Shown piece after piece: positions 1-9,100 of a stretch of 34,469 nt of DNA; position 1 is the stretch's first letter; every line of letters begins with the position of its first letter. This DNA is from Arenimonas sp. GTDB lineage: Bacteria > Pseudomonadota > Gammaproteobacteria > Xanthomonadales > Xanthomonadaceae. The notes under the pieces were generated by a model. The model made no database searches. It had not been told where the DNA came from and saw nothing but the letters and a program-made list of their open reading frames with translations. Where the stretch lies: the NCBI GenBank assembly GCA_046596115.1, contig JBKJMY010000276.1, forward strand, positions 1 through 34,469, given 5' to 3'. The translations under genes and the position numbers were made by a program.

Positions 1-759
1 CTTGGAATCATCGGAGGCCTGTTCGATCGCCTTGCGCAGAAGGCCGAGCGGCAGCCGAGATGCGGCCTTGGCGACGGCGAGGGGCTCGGAGGCGGGCCCG
101 GGAGACGGAGGCGCGGCCGCTGCAGCGCCGGCATCGGCAGCGCCGGCACGGCGGCGCGCTGGTTTGACCGCGGCAACCTTGGTTGCCGTTTTTTTCGCTC
201 TTGCGGGTGCTGGCGCTGCTGCCGGCGGCGCGGCCTTCGGCGGCGAGATGGGTCGCAGCACTTCGGTATAGACGAACTTGTCGCAGGCCTGGCGGAATGC
301 CGACGGCGTTTTTTCCTCGCCAAAGCCATACACCACCAGCCCTTCCTCGCGCAGGCGCTGCGCCAGGCGGGTGAAATCGCTGTCGCTGGTGACCAGGCAG
401 AAGCCGTCGAAGCGGCGCGTGTACATCAGGTCCATCGCGTCGATGATCATCGAGCTGTCGGTGGCGTTCTTGCCGGTGGTGTAGGCGAACTGCTGCACCG
501 GCTGGATCGAGTGTTCGAGCAGGGTCTGCTTCCACTGCTGCATGCGCGTGGAGGTGAAGTCGCCATAGATGCGCCTGACGCTGGCAAGGCCGTACTTGGC
601 CACTTCCGCCAGCAGGCCTTCGATCACCGAAGCCTGCGCGTTGTCGGCATCAATCAGGACCGCCAGTCGGCGCTGGTCGTCGTCCTGGGCACTGCTGGCA
701 CCTGCGTTGCCGCGCCCGCCACTGCCGCCGTTGCCAGCGTTGTTTCCGTTGCCTGCCAT
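1..759 (-). CDS. NYN (LabA/DUF88, PIN-like) domain protein; 3' end runs off the window
   Basis: Missing from the ORF track because it has no stop in the window. Manual minus-strand translation from ATG 759 gives MAGNGNNAG...RRLAVLIDADNAQASVIEGLLAEVAKYGLASVRRIYGDFT...QQFAYTTGKNATDSSMIIDAMDL...FCLVTSDSDFTRLAQRLREEGLVVYGFGEEKTP, which carries the NYN motifs LIDADN, KNATD and SDSDF. GGAGG SD at 768-772. Confidence 0.92.
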   Translation of the reverse strand, partial: MAGNGNNAGNGGSGGRGNAGASSAQDDDQRRLAVLIDADNAQASVIEGLLAEVAKYGLASVRRIYGDFTSTRMQQWKQTLLEHSIQPVQQFAYTTGKNATDSSMIIDAMDLMYTRRFDGFCLVTSDSDFTRLAQRLREEGLVVYGFGEEKTPSAFRQACDKFVYTEVLRPISPPKAAPPAAAPAPARAKKTATKVAAVKPARRRAGAADAGAAAAAPPSPGPASEPLAVAKAASRLPLGLLRKAIEQASDDSK

Positions 760-812
760 GGCCGTGTCCTCCCATAGGTGCCGAATCGCCGACAGAGTGC
801 CAGAATCGGCGC

Positions 813-1874
813 ATGTTCGCGCTGGCGCTCGTATTGATCATGACGGTTGGCTTCGCTGCCCACCGGGCGTCGCTGTGCACGGTGCGCGCGGTGGCCGAGG
901 TGCTCGACCTGGGCAGCGCGCACATGCTTGCCAGTTTCGTGAAGGCGGCCGCATGGACGGCGCTGGTCAGCGGGTTGCTGCTGTTCGCCATGCAGGGCAG
1001 CTTGTATCCGGCCACCCAACGCGCGCCGTATTGGCTGGCCTTGGCGGGTGGCCTGCTGTTTGGCGCCGGTGCCGGCCTCAATGGCGGTTGCGCGTTGTCG
1101 ACGATCCAGCGCCTGGCCGATGGCGAATTGGCGATGCTGGCCACGCTGCTGGCCTTCGTTGGCGGACTGATTGCCTGGTTGTTGTGGATCGAGCCGCTGT
1201 CCGGCCATGCGGCGCGTGCCTTGCCGTTCCGACTTGCGCCGGGAATGCCGTGGGCCCCGGCCTTGCTCGCGGTGTTGTCGCTGTGGGGCGTGTGGGAAGC
1301 GGTGCAGGTGTGGCGGATCGAGCACGGCGCGTCGAATGCGCCGCCGCTATTGGCGCCGCCGTCTGCGCCGCCGCTGTTCGAACCGCCAGGTACATCGCCC
1401 CCGGATGCGATGTCGCGCAACCTGCATCCGGTCTTGCGCGATCGTTGGTCGCCGCGTGCGGCCGCGCTGGTAATGGGCGTCGCCGGTGGTCTGCTGTACA
1501 CCCTGCAGGGAGCGTGGACCTACACCAACTTCCTCGGCGGCGAGGCGAGCGCCTGGGTCGGTCATGAGATGTCGCCGGGTGCGCTGCGCGTGCTGTTCCT
1601 GGTCGCGCTGCTCGCCGGCATGGGGCTGTCGTCCCGGCAGCGGCGCTCGTTTGCGCTGCGCATCCCGCCAGCGCCGGTGTTGGTGCGCAGCATCGCCGGC
1701 GGCCTGCTGATGGGCCTGGGCGCGGCCATCCTGCCCGGTGGCAACGACACCCTGGTGCTGATTGCGATTCCGACCCTGGCGCCCAGCGCATTGGGCGTTT
1801 ATGCCGCGGTTCTCGCGGGCGCCGCGATCGCGCTGCTGTTGCTGCGCGGTGGCCGGCGCGTCGTAGTAAATTAG
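813..1874 (+). CDS. YeeE/YedE family (thiosulfate/sulfur-compound transporter-like) membrane protein
   Basis: Many hydrophobic segments. Motifs HRASLCTV, GGLLFGAGAGLNGGCALS and GGLLMGLGAAILPGGND match the two YeeE/YedE repeats. Confidence 0.85.
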   Translation: MFALALVLIMTVGFAAHRASLCTVRAVAEVLDLGSAHMLASFVKAAAWTALVSGLLLFAMQGSLYPATQRAPYWLALAGGLLFGAGAGLNGGCALSTIQRLADGELAMLATLLAFVGGLIAWLLWIEPLSGHAARALPFRLAPGMPWAPALLAVLSLWGVWEAVQVWRIEHGASNAPPLLAPPSAPPLFEPPGTSPPDAMSRNLHPVLRDRWSPRAAALVMGVAGGLLYTLQGAWTYTNFLGGEASAWVGHEMSPGALRVLFLVALLAGMGLSSRQRRSFALRIPPAPVLVRSIAGGLLMGLGAAILPGGNDTLVLIAIPTLAPSALGVYAAVLAGAAIALLLLRGGRRVVVN

Positions 1875-1922
1875 CTCCTGGCATGGATGCGACCCGCCGC
1901 GGGTCCACACACAGGATGTCCC

Positions 1923-4001
1923 ATGGCGCGTGACCCGCGATACGACCCGCTGTTCGAGCCGATCCGCATCGGCCCGGTGACCGCGAAGAACCGCTTTTTC
2001 CAGGTACCACACTGCAATGGCATGGGCCACGCGATGCCGCAGGCGCATGCCGCCATGCGCGAGGTGAAGGCCGAAGGCGGCTGGGCGGTGGTGTCCACTG
2101 AAGAGTGCGAGATCCATCCGAGTGGCGATGTCTCGCCCTACGTGGAGGCGCGCCTGTGGGACGACCACGACATCCCGGCGTTGCAGCTGATGTGCGAGAA
2201 GGTGCACGCGCATGGCGCGCTGGCCGCGATCGAGCTGACCCACAACGGCCCGAGCGCGTCGAACCTGTACTCGCGGGAAGTCTTGCTCGCGCCGTCGCAC
2301 CAGCCGAGCAAGTACGGTTATCCCAACCAGGCGCGGGCGATGACCCTGCAAGACATCGCCGACTATCGGCGCTGGCATCGTGCCGCTGCGTTGCGTGCCA
2401 AGCGCGCCGGCTTCGACATCATCTACGTGTATGCTGCGCACGACCTGAGTTTGGCGATGCACTTCCTGCAGCGGCGGCGCAACCAGCGCAGCGATGCTTA
2501 TGGCGGCTCGCTGGACAATCGCGTGCGCCTGCTGCGCGAGCTGCTCGAGGATACGAAAGACGCGGTCGGCGACAGCTGCGCGGTGGCGCTGCGATTCGCC
2601 ACCGAGGAGTTGCTCGGTGCCGGCGGTGTCGAGCGTGCCGAGGCGCAGGACATCGTGTCGGCCGTGGCCGAGTTGCCGGACCTGTGGGATGTCAACGTGG
2701 CCGCCTGGTACAACGACTCGATGCCATCGCGCTTCGCCCGCGAAGGCGCGCAGGAACCGTTCGTGGATTTCGTCAAGCGCAGCACCAGCAAGCCGGTCGT
2801 TGGCGTCGGCCGCTTCACCTCGCCCGATACCATGATCTCGCAGCTGCGCCGCGGCGTGCTCGACATCATCGGTGCGGCGCGGCCATCCATTGCCGATCCA
2901 TTCCTGCCAAAAAAGATCGAGGAAGGGCGCGGCGACGAGATCCGCGAGTGCATTGGCTGCAATATCTGCGTCACCGGTGACATGACCATCACGCCGATCC
3001 GTTGCACCCAGAACCCGACCATGGGCGAGGAGTGGCGCAAGGGCTGGCATCCCGAACGCATCGCGCCCAAGGCATCCCAAGCACGCGTGTTGGTGGTTGG
3101 CGGCGGGCCGGCGGGACTGGAAGCGGCGCGCGCGCTTGGCCAGCGCGGCTATGAAGTGCACCTGGCCGAGGCGCGCAAGGAACTCGGCGGCCGTGTTTCG
3201 CGCGAAGCGCGCCTGCCGGGCTTGTCGGAATGGGCGCGGGTGCGCGACTGGCGGCTGCAGCAGATCGCCAAGTTGTCGAACGTGGCGGTGTATCCGGACA
3301 ACCTGCTTGGCGCCGACGAAGTGCTCGAGTTTGGTGCCGACCATGTCGTGCTGGCGACCGGCTCGCACTGGCGCCGCGATGGCTATGGCCGCAGTAATTT
3401 CTTCCCTGACCCGGCACTGGCAGCGAATCCATCGGTGTTCACGCCCGATGACGTGATGGATGGTCGTTTCACCGCTACCGCGGCGGACGGGCCGGTAGTG
3501 CTGTTTGATGATGACGGGTTCTACCTGGCCAGCGTGCTTGCCGAAAAGCTCCGCGCCGACGGACGCGAGGTGCGCTATCTCACCGCCGACGACATGATCG
3601 CGGCCTGGAGCACCAACACGCTGGACTACCGGCACATCCAGCATCGCCTGCACGAGGTTGGCGTGGAGCAGTTGGTGCAGCACAACCTGGTTGGCTTTGC
3701 TGATGGAAAGTTGAGCGTGGAGCACACCTGGTCGGGGAAATTGCGTGAGCTCGACTGCGCCGCGCTGGTGCTGCTGACCGCGCGGCTTCCCAATGAAACC
3801 CTGCTGCTGGCACTACGCGGGCGCGAGCAGGAATGGGCCGATTGCGGCCTGCGCAGCGTGCGTGCGATTGGCGATGCAGATGCGCCCGGGCTGATCGCAC
3901 ACGCGGTGTACGCGGGCCATCGCTATGCACGTGAATTCGATGTCCCGGTCGATCAGGACGCCGTACCGTTTCGGCGGCACTTTCATACCGAAACCAGCTG
4001 A
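1923..4001 (+). CDS. Histamine/trimethylamine dehydrogenase-like Fe-S flavoenzyme (Old Yellow Enzyme barrel + 4Fe-4S + nucleotide-binding domain)
   Basis: N-terminus MARDPRYDPLFEPIRIGP..KNRFFQVPHCNG includes the cysteinyl-FMN Cys. Also YVYAAH, GAARPSIADPFLP, the 4Fe-4S motif CIGCNICVTGDMTITPIRC and Rossmann GGGPAGLEAA. ATG 1923 follows AGGA; the ORF track starts at 1887. Confidence 0.88.
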   Translation: MARDPRYDPLFEPIRIGPVTAKNRFFQVPHCNGMGHAMPQAHAAMREVKAEGGWAVVSTEECEIHPSGDVSPYVEARLWDDHDIPALQLMCEKVHAHGALAAIELTHNGPSASNLYSREVLLAPSHQPSKYGYPNQARAMTLQDIADYRRWHRAAALRAKRAGFDIIYVYAAHDLSLAMHFLQRRRNQRSDAYGGSLDNRVRLLRELLEDTKDAVGDSCAVALRFATEELLGAGGVERAEAQDIVSAVAELPDLWDVNVAAWYNDSMPSRFAREGAQEPFVDFVKRSTSKPVVGVGRFTSPDTMISQLRRGVLDIIGAARPSIADPFLPKKIEEGRGDEIRECIGCNICVTGDMTITPIRCTQNPTMGEEWRKGWHPERIAPKASQARVLVVGGGPAGLEAARALGQRGYEVHLAEARKELGGRVSREARLPGLSEWARVRDWRLQQIAKLSNVAVYPDNLLGADEVLEFGADHVVLATGSHWRRDGYGRSNFFPDPALAANPSVFTPDDVMDGRFTATAADGPVVLFDDDGFYLASVLAEKLRADGREVRYLTADDMIAAWSTNTLDYRHIQHRLHEVGVEQLVQHNLVGFADGKLSVEHTWSGKLRELDCAALVLLTARLPNETLLLALRGREQEWADCGLRSVRAIGDADAPGLIAHAVYAGHRYAREFDVPVDQDAVPFRRHFHTETS

Positions 4002-4039
4002 CCATAGCCAAACCGGCTGACCATAGCGAAAGCAGCTGA
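3989..4039 (+). repeat. 19-bp tandem repeat, about 2.7 copies, spanning the dehydrogenase stop codon
   Basis: cgaaaccagctgaccatag (3989-4007), ccaaaccggctgaccatag (4008-4026), cgaaagcagctga (4027-4039). Confidence 0.85.
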
Positions 4040-4084
4040 GTCGGTAGATTGACGTCAGCGGGAGAGCGGTCCCCTGCCGACAGC

Positions 4085-4312
4085 TCAGTGTTGCTTGTTG
4101 CCTGGATCAAGATGCGCACCACGCGAGGCCTTCTTGTCGGCGGCAGCATCCGGGGCGTCGCCCGGACTCGGATCCGGTGAGCGGGCGTGGTCATGCCCGG
4201 CATCTTCGTCACCCTCGACAAAGCGGCCTTTGGCATCACGATGTTTCAACCGCGTGTGCACGTCGGCTGGCAACTGCGGGTACTCGGCGGTGACCTGATT
4301 GCTGGAACTCAT
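4085..4312 (-). CDS. Small hydrophilic hypothetical protein (75 aa)
   Basis: MSSSNQVTAEYPQLP...RDAKGRFVEGDEDAGHDH...GNKQH. GAAGG lies upstream of ATG 4312, and the ORF fills the gap between recD and the convergent dehydrogenase. Confidence 0.55.
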   Translation of the reverse strand: MSSSNQVTAEYPQLPADVHTRLKHRDAKGRFVEGDEDAGHDHARSPDPSPGDAPDAAADKKASRGAHLDPGNKQH

Positions 4313-4437
4313 GGTGCAACCTTCGGGGCCAACGCGGCCATCGGGGGACTGTTGCGGGCATCGTGGTACACGCGCGATGAATTGCCGCTGAGTCTGCGCA
4401 GGCCGCGTTAGCCCATGCTGAATGGCGACCGTCGCGA

Positions 4438-6126
4438 TCAGTGCGCGCGGGCCGGTGAAAGTCGTGCCGCCAACCCGCTCCAGCGCTGCGCCCGACGCGC
4501 GATGGCCTCGCGCAGCGCAGGTTCGCCAGCCCATAGCAGTACCTCCTGCCGGCAGCGCGTGAGCCCGGTGTACAGCAGCTCGCGCGACAACACGCGCGCG
4601 CCGCGTTCGGGCAGGGCCAGGAAGACACGATCAAACTCCGAGCCCTGCGACTTGTGCACGGTGAGTGCGAACGCCGGCTCGTGCGCGGGCAGCGCCGCGG
4701 GCAACCAGGCGCGCGGGCCGCCGTCGCCGTCGAACCACACGCGCAGCTCGCCGTTCTCGTCCGGCCAGGCGATGCCGATGTCGCCGTTGAACAACTGCTG
4801 GCGATAGCTGTTCTCGGTGACCAGCACCAGCCGACCCTTGAATTGCCCCAGCCCACCACGCAGCGGATCCAGCGCCTGGCCAACGATGGCATTCAGTGCC
4901 TGGCTGCCGGCGGCGCCTTCACGCGTTGCACACAGGATGCGATAGCCGCGCGCGGCACGCAGCGCGCTGGCGACATCGGGTTGCTCGACCAGCGCGCGAA
5001 ACTGCGGCACTGCTTCTTCGCGCACCGCCTCATGCAGGGCGCGATCGCCGGCGGCATGCCAGCGAACGCCGCGGTAGCCATCTCGCGCGAGTCCAGCGAT
5101 CACCGCATCGGCATCGCCGATGCGTACCGCAGCGGCCAGCGCGGGCACGTCGATGTCCGCCGACTGGCGATAGCTGGTTTCCAGGTTGATCCGCTGCGCG
5201 GCCAGTGGCGATCCCGGCTGCTCGCTGGCATCGCACAGCGCGGCAAGCACATCACCAGTTTCCACCGACGGCAACTGGTCGCGATCACCAACCAGCACCA
5301 GGGTTGCGCCGGGCGGTGTCGCTTCAGCCAGCCGGGTCATCAGCGGCAGGTCGATCATCGAGGCTTCATCCACCACGACCAGGTCGGCATGCAGCGGATT
5401 GTCGCGGTGGTGGCGGAACTGGCCGTTGCGTTGCCAGCCCAGCAGGCGGTGCAGCGTGCTCGCGTCGGTCGGCAGCCGTGCCGCCATATCGCCATCCAGG
5501 CGGCCATCGGCAACCTGCGCCAGCAGCGACTCACGCACTGATTCGGACAGGCGCGATGCGGCCTTGCCGGTTGGCGCGGCCAGCAGGATGCGCGGCGCCG
5601 CATTGCCGCTGCGTGCCGCGAACGCAACCAGCAGTTGCGCGACTTGCGTGGTCTTGCCCGTGCCGGGGCCGCCGGTGATCAGTTGCACGCGGTCGGGCAG
5701 GCGAGCGAGCAAGGCCCGGGCAAGTCGGCACTCGTAATCCCAGTAGCGGCGCAGCGCAATCGCATCGCCTTCAAGCACGAGCACGCGATCGCTGGCGGTC
5801 ATACCGGGATGCAAGTGCGGGGGATGCGTGTCCGGAGCGTGCGCATCCGGGCGATGCATCCAGGGCGAAACGGCCAGCACCGCCAGCCAGTCGTCGAGCA
5901 GGGGCAGCGCCGGCAGTTCGCGCTCGGCGTCAATCTCCGCGAACAGTTCACCCAAGCGCGACAGCGGCACCCGGCCATGGCCATGGGCCAGGGCGCGGCT
6001 TGCCAGGGCGGCTGCGGCTTGCACCAGGTCGGGCGTATCGTCGCGTGCGTGGCGCATGCTCAAGGCCAGCGCGTGATCGACGTTGCGCAGCCAGCCACCG
6101 GACCACAGGGCCGCCAGTAAACTCAT
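4438..6126 (-). CDS. recD: Exodeoxyribonuclease V alpha subunit RecD
   Basis: SF1B helicase motifs ITGGPGTGKTT, LAAPTGKAA, STLHRLLG, VVVDEASM, LVGDRDQLPSV, ALTVHKSQGSEF and ELLYTGLTR. Start overlaps the recB stop (ATGA). Confidence 0.95.
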   Translation of the reverse strand: MSLLAALWSGGWLRNVDHALALSMRHARDDTPDLVQAAAALASRALAHGHGRVPLSRLGELFAEIDAERELPALPLLDDWLAVLAVSPWMHRPDAHAPDTHPPHLHPGMTASDRVLVLEGDAIALRRYWDYECRLARALLARLPDRVQLITGGPGTGKTTQVAQLLVAFAARSGNAAPRILLAAPTGKAASRLSESVRESLLAQVADGRLDGDMAARLPTDASTLHRLLGWQRNGQFRHHRDNPLHADLVVVDEASMIDLPLMTRLAEATPPGATLVLVGDRDQLPSVETGDVLAALCDASEQPGSPLAAQRINLETSYRQSADIDVPALAAAVRIGDADAVIAGLARDGYRGVRWHAAGDRALHEAVREEAVPQFRALVEQPDVASALRAARGYRILCATREGAAGSQALNAIVGQALDPLRGGLGQFKGRLVLVTENSYRQQLFNGDIGIAWPDENGELRVWFDGDGGPRAWLPAALPAHEPAFALTVHKSQGSEFDRVFLALPERGARVLSRELLYTGLTRCRQEVLLWAGEPALREAIARRAQRWSGLAARLSPARAH

Positions 6127-9100
6127 GCGGCGGGCCTGTGTCGCAGCAGCGCATCGAGTGCCAACACGAATGCGGGCGGCAAGGTCACCGCATGCAGGCC
6201 CGGCCGCGCCGGGTCATTGCGATCCAGGCCGCGGCTGAACACATAACGCACGCCGCCGAGATGGCGCGCGATGTCGTAGTCGGCGCCCATGCGGAACTGC
6301 AGCCAGCGATGCAGGGCGAGGCTGTACAGCACGTACTGCAGGTCGTATTCGGCATCGCGCACCGCGCGCTGCAGGCTGGCGTGGTCGTAGCCGGGCAGCT
6401 GGTTGGATTTGTAGTCCAGCACGTAATGGCGGCCATCGGCCTCGTAGACCAGGTCGATGAAGCCGGTGAGCAGGCCTTCGATGCGTTGGCGCAGACCAAA
6501 GCCGTGCCGCGCCTGCACCAGCCCATGCGCATGCAGGGTGGCGAGCAGTGCGTCCACGGTGACTGGCGCCAGCGACAGGTGGAATTCCATTTCTGCGATG
6601 CGCCGCGCCGCCGGCAGCAAGGCCAGCCGGGTGCCTTCCGGCATCGGGGCGTTCAGGGTTTCGCCGATCAATGCGGACAGTTGCGTGACGCCTTCGCTGC
6701 GATCTCCCTCGGTGTCGAAGCCGTGCTGGGCAAGTGCCTCGACCACGGCGTCAAACTGTCCGGTCGGCGGGGCCGGGCCGCGCCAATCCAGCCACGCGGC
6801 GAAGTCCACCCGTTCAAGTGCGCGGTGCAAGGCATTGCCAAAGCGCGGGCCTGCATAGCGCGAGTAGTCCAGCGTGGTCACCACGTCGCGTTCGTCATCG
6901 GCGGGTTGCGCTTCGGCAAGGCCTTCCTCGCGTGCGAGCTGCGAAAAGCTGTATACCCACCAGTCGCGGTCATATTGGCGCAGCGGCACGCGCGCCGGTG
7001 GCGTCGCGACGGCATCCACGAAGCGCAGGCGCGGCAAGGTGTCGACGGCCTCGATCGTCACCGCTGGCGCAATTGCGATGGCGTCCGGCGCCAGCGCCTG
7101 CAACTCGTGCAGCCGCGCCTGCACGGCGTTGTCGTCGAGCTTTGCCAGCTCGACCATCACATCGTCGGCCATGCCGTCATCGCCTGCGCAGACACTGGCC
7201 ATGCTGTCATCGACCGCGCCGTCATCGACCGCGCCGTCATTGGCTGCGCTGTCATTGGCACGCTCCGCGCCCGCTGGACGATGCAGCAACCAGCCCAGCG
7301 CAGTCTTGTGTGCATCCTTCACCGCGCCCCAACCAATCCAGGTGGCCAGGCGTGCGCGGGTCAATCCGACATAGAGCAGGCGGATCTGCTCAGCGCGCGT
7401 CTCGCGCGTCTCCTGCCTGGTCGCCGGATCATCCTTGTCCGGATACAAGGTGGCGAGGCGGTCCAGGCCGATGTGGTGGCGCGCCATCGGCGGCTTGCCG
7501 GCGCGCTGCGATCCACTGCTGGTCGCCGCGAAGGGCAGGAACACCAGGTCCAGGGTCAGGCCCTTGCTGACATGCAAGGTCATGATGCGCACGCGCGCCG
7601 AGTCCGACTCCAGCCGCAACAGGTCTTCATCGCTGACGTCCTCGGCTTGGGCGATGCGCGTTTCCAGGTCGGCCAGCAGGCCGGCCAATCCGGGCGCGCG
7701 ATCCACGCCCGATTGCAGTGCCTCGGCCAGTTGCAGGTAGTTGGACACGCGGCGCTCGCCATCGGGCCAGCCAAGCAGGCGCGCCGCCTGCGCTTCGCAC
7801 AACTCGCCCACCAGGGCCATCGGCCCGTGCCGGCGCACCCGCTCCTGCCAGTGCTCGAGCTTGTCCTGCCAGATGCGATGGCTGGGCAGGTCGGTGTCGA
7901 AAGCGGCGATCTGCGCGGCGTCGAGGCCGAATAGCGGCGTTGCCAGCGCGGCGCGCAGGCGGCCGTCATCGGCGGGTGCGAGCAGCGCTTCCAACAGCCA
8001 GCACAGGTGCGTGGCCTCGTCGGTCTGGTACAGGCTCAGCCGTCCTGCCGATACGCTGGGGATGCCGCGCGCCGACAACGCGCGCTGGACGGCTTCGCCA
8101 TCGCGGTGGCGCGGCACCAGTACGCTGATGTCGCCGGGCGCGACCGCGCGGGTCGTGCCATGGCGATCGGTGAGCACTGCGCGGCCGGCCTGCGCGGCCG
8201 ATAACAGCGAATGAATCGCCGCGACGCAGGCTGCGGTGGCGGCCTCGCGCGAGCGATCAATGCTGGTATCGAGCGGATCCTCGCGTACCGGCAGCAGCAC
8301 CAGCGCCGGCGCGTCTGCCCCATCAATGCGTAGTGCGTCATCATTGCAGCTGCCGCCGGGCTCGACCGGCTCGAAGGCGATGCCGGGTTGGTCGAAGGCA
8401 CCCGGCCCGCGCAGCGTGAACATTGCCTCGGTGGCGGCCAGTGCACGCGGGCGCGAGCGGAAATTACGCCGCAGGGTGTGGGTTGCGGCGGCTTCGGATT
8501 GCGCCTGCAGGTACGTGGCGACATCGCCGCCACGGAACCGGTAGATCGCCTGCTTCGGGTCGCCGATCAGGAACAGTGCACGCGGCGTGTCGCCATCGCC
8601 GTCTCCGTCTCCGTCTCCGTCACTCATGGCATACGCATCGGCATCGACATTTGCATCTGCATCGGCATCTGTATTGGCGGGCTGCCCGAACAGCCGCCGG
8701 AAGATATCCCACTGGCGCGGATCGGTGTCCTGGAACTCGTCCACCAGGGCGATGGCGTATTGCCGTTGCAGGGCGGCGGCGAACCCGCCATCCACGTCGC
8801 GCGCCAGACAGGTGTGCACGCCGCGGATCATGTCATCGAAGCCCATCAGTCCGCGTGATTGCTTCAGCGCTGCGCAGCGTGCGATGGCAAAGTCGCGCGC
8901 TGCATGGATCATCGCGATGCGCGCGACCTGCTGCGATTGTTCGTTCGCCTCGGCAGCCTCGACCCAGGCTTGGACCGCGTCGAACAGCGGCGACTGCGGC
9001 GTGGTCTTGTTCTTGTTGGTGCGCTTGGCCAGCATGCTGCTCGAGAATGTCGCCAGCTTGCCGTCTGACGGGTCGTCATCGGCGGGCGAGGACCAATGCC

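Noticed and set aside
1347-3725. 792-aa minus-strand ORF, and similar long ORFs at 6000-7934 (+), 15681-17582 (-), 21090-22520 (-), 26197-27855 (+) and 28143-28970 (+)
   Set aside because: They are antisense shadows of well-supported genes. Long stop-free antisense frames are expected in high-GC coding DNA, and they show no recognisable motifs.
3989-4039. Possible mini-CRISPR
   Set aside because: The units are directly adjacent with no spacers, only 19 bp long, and there are no cas genes.
4380-4425. Shared upstream motif (TTCA/CTAAC-N9-GCAGACT-like) before the small genes starting at 4312 and 33032
   Set aside because: Only two loose matches; too degenerate to support without a genome-wide motif search.
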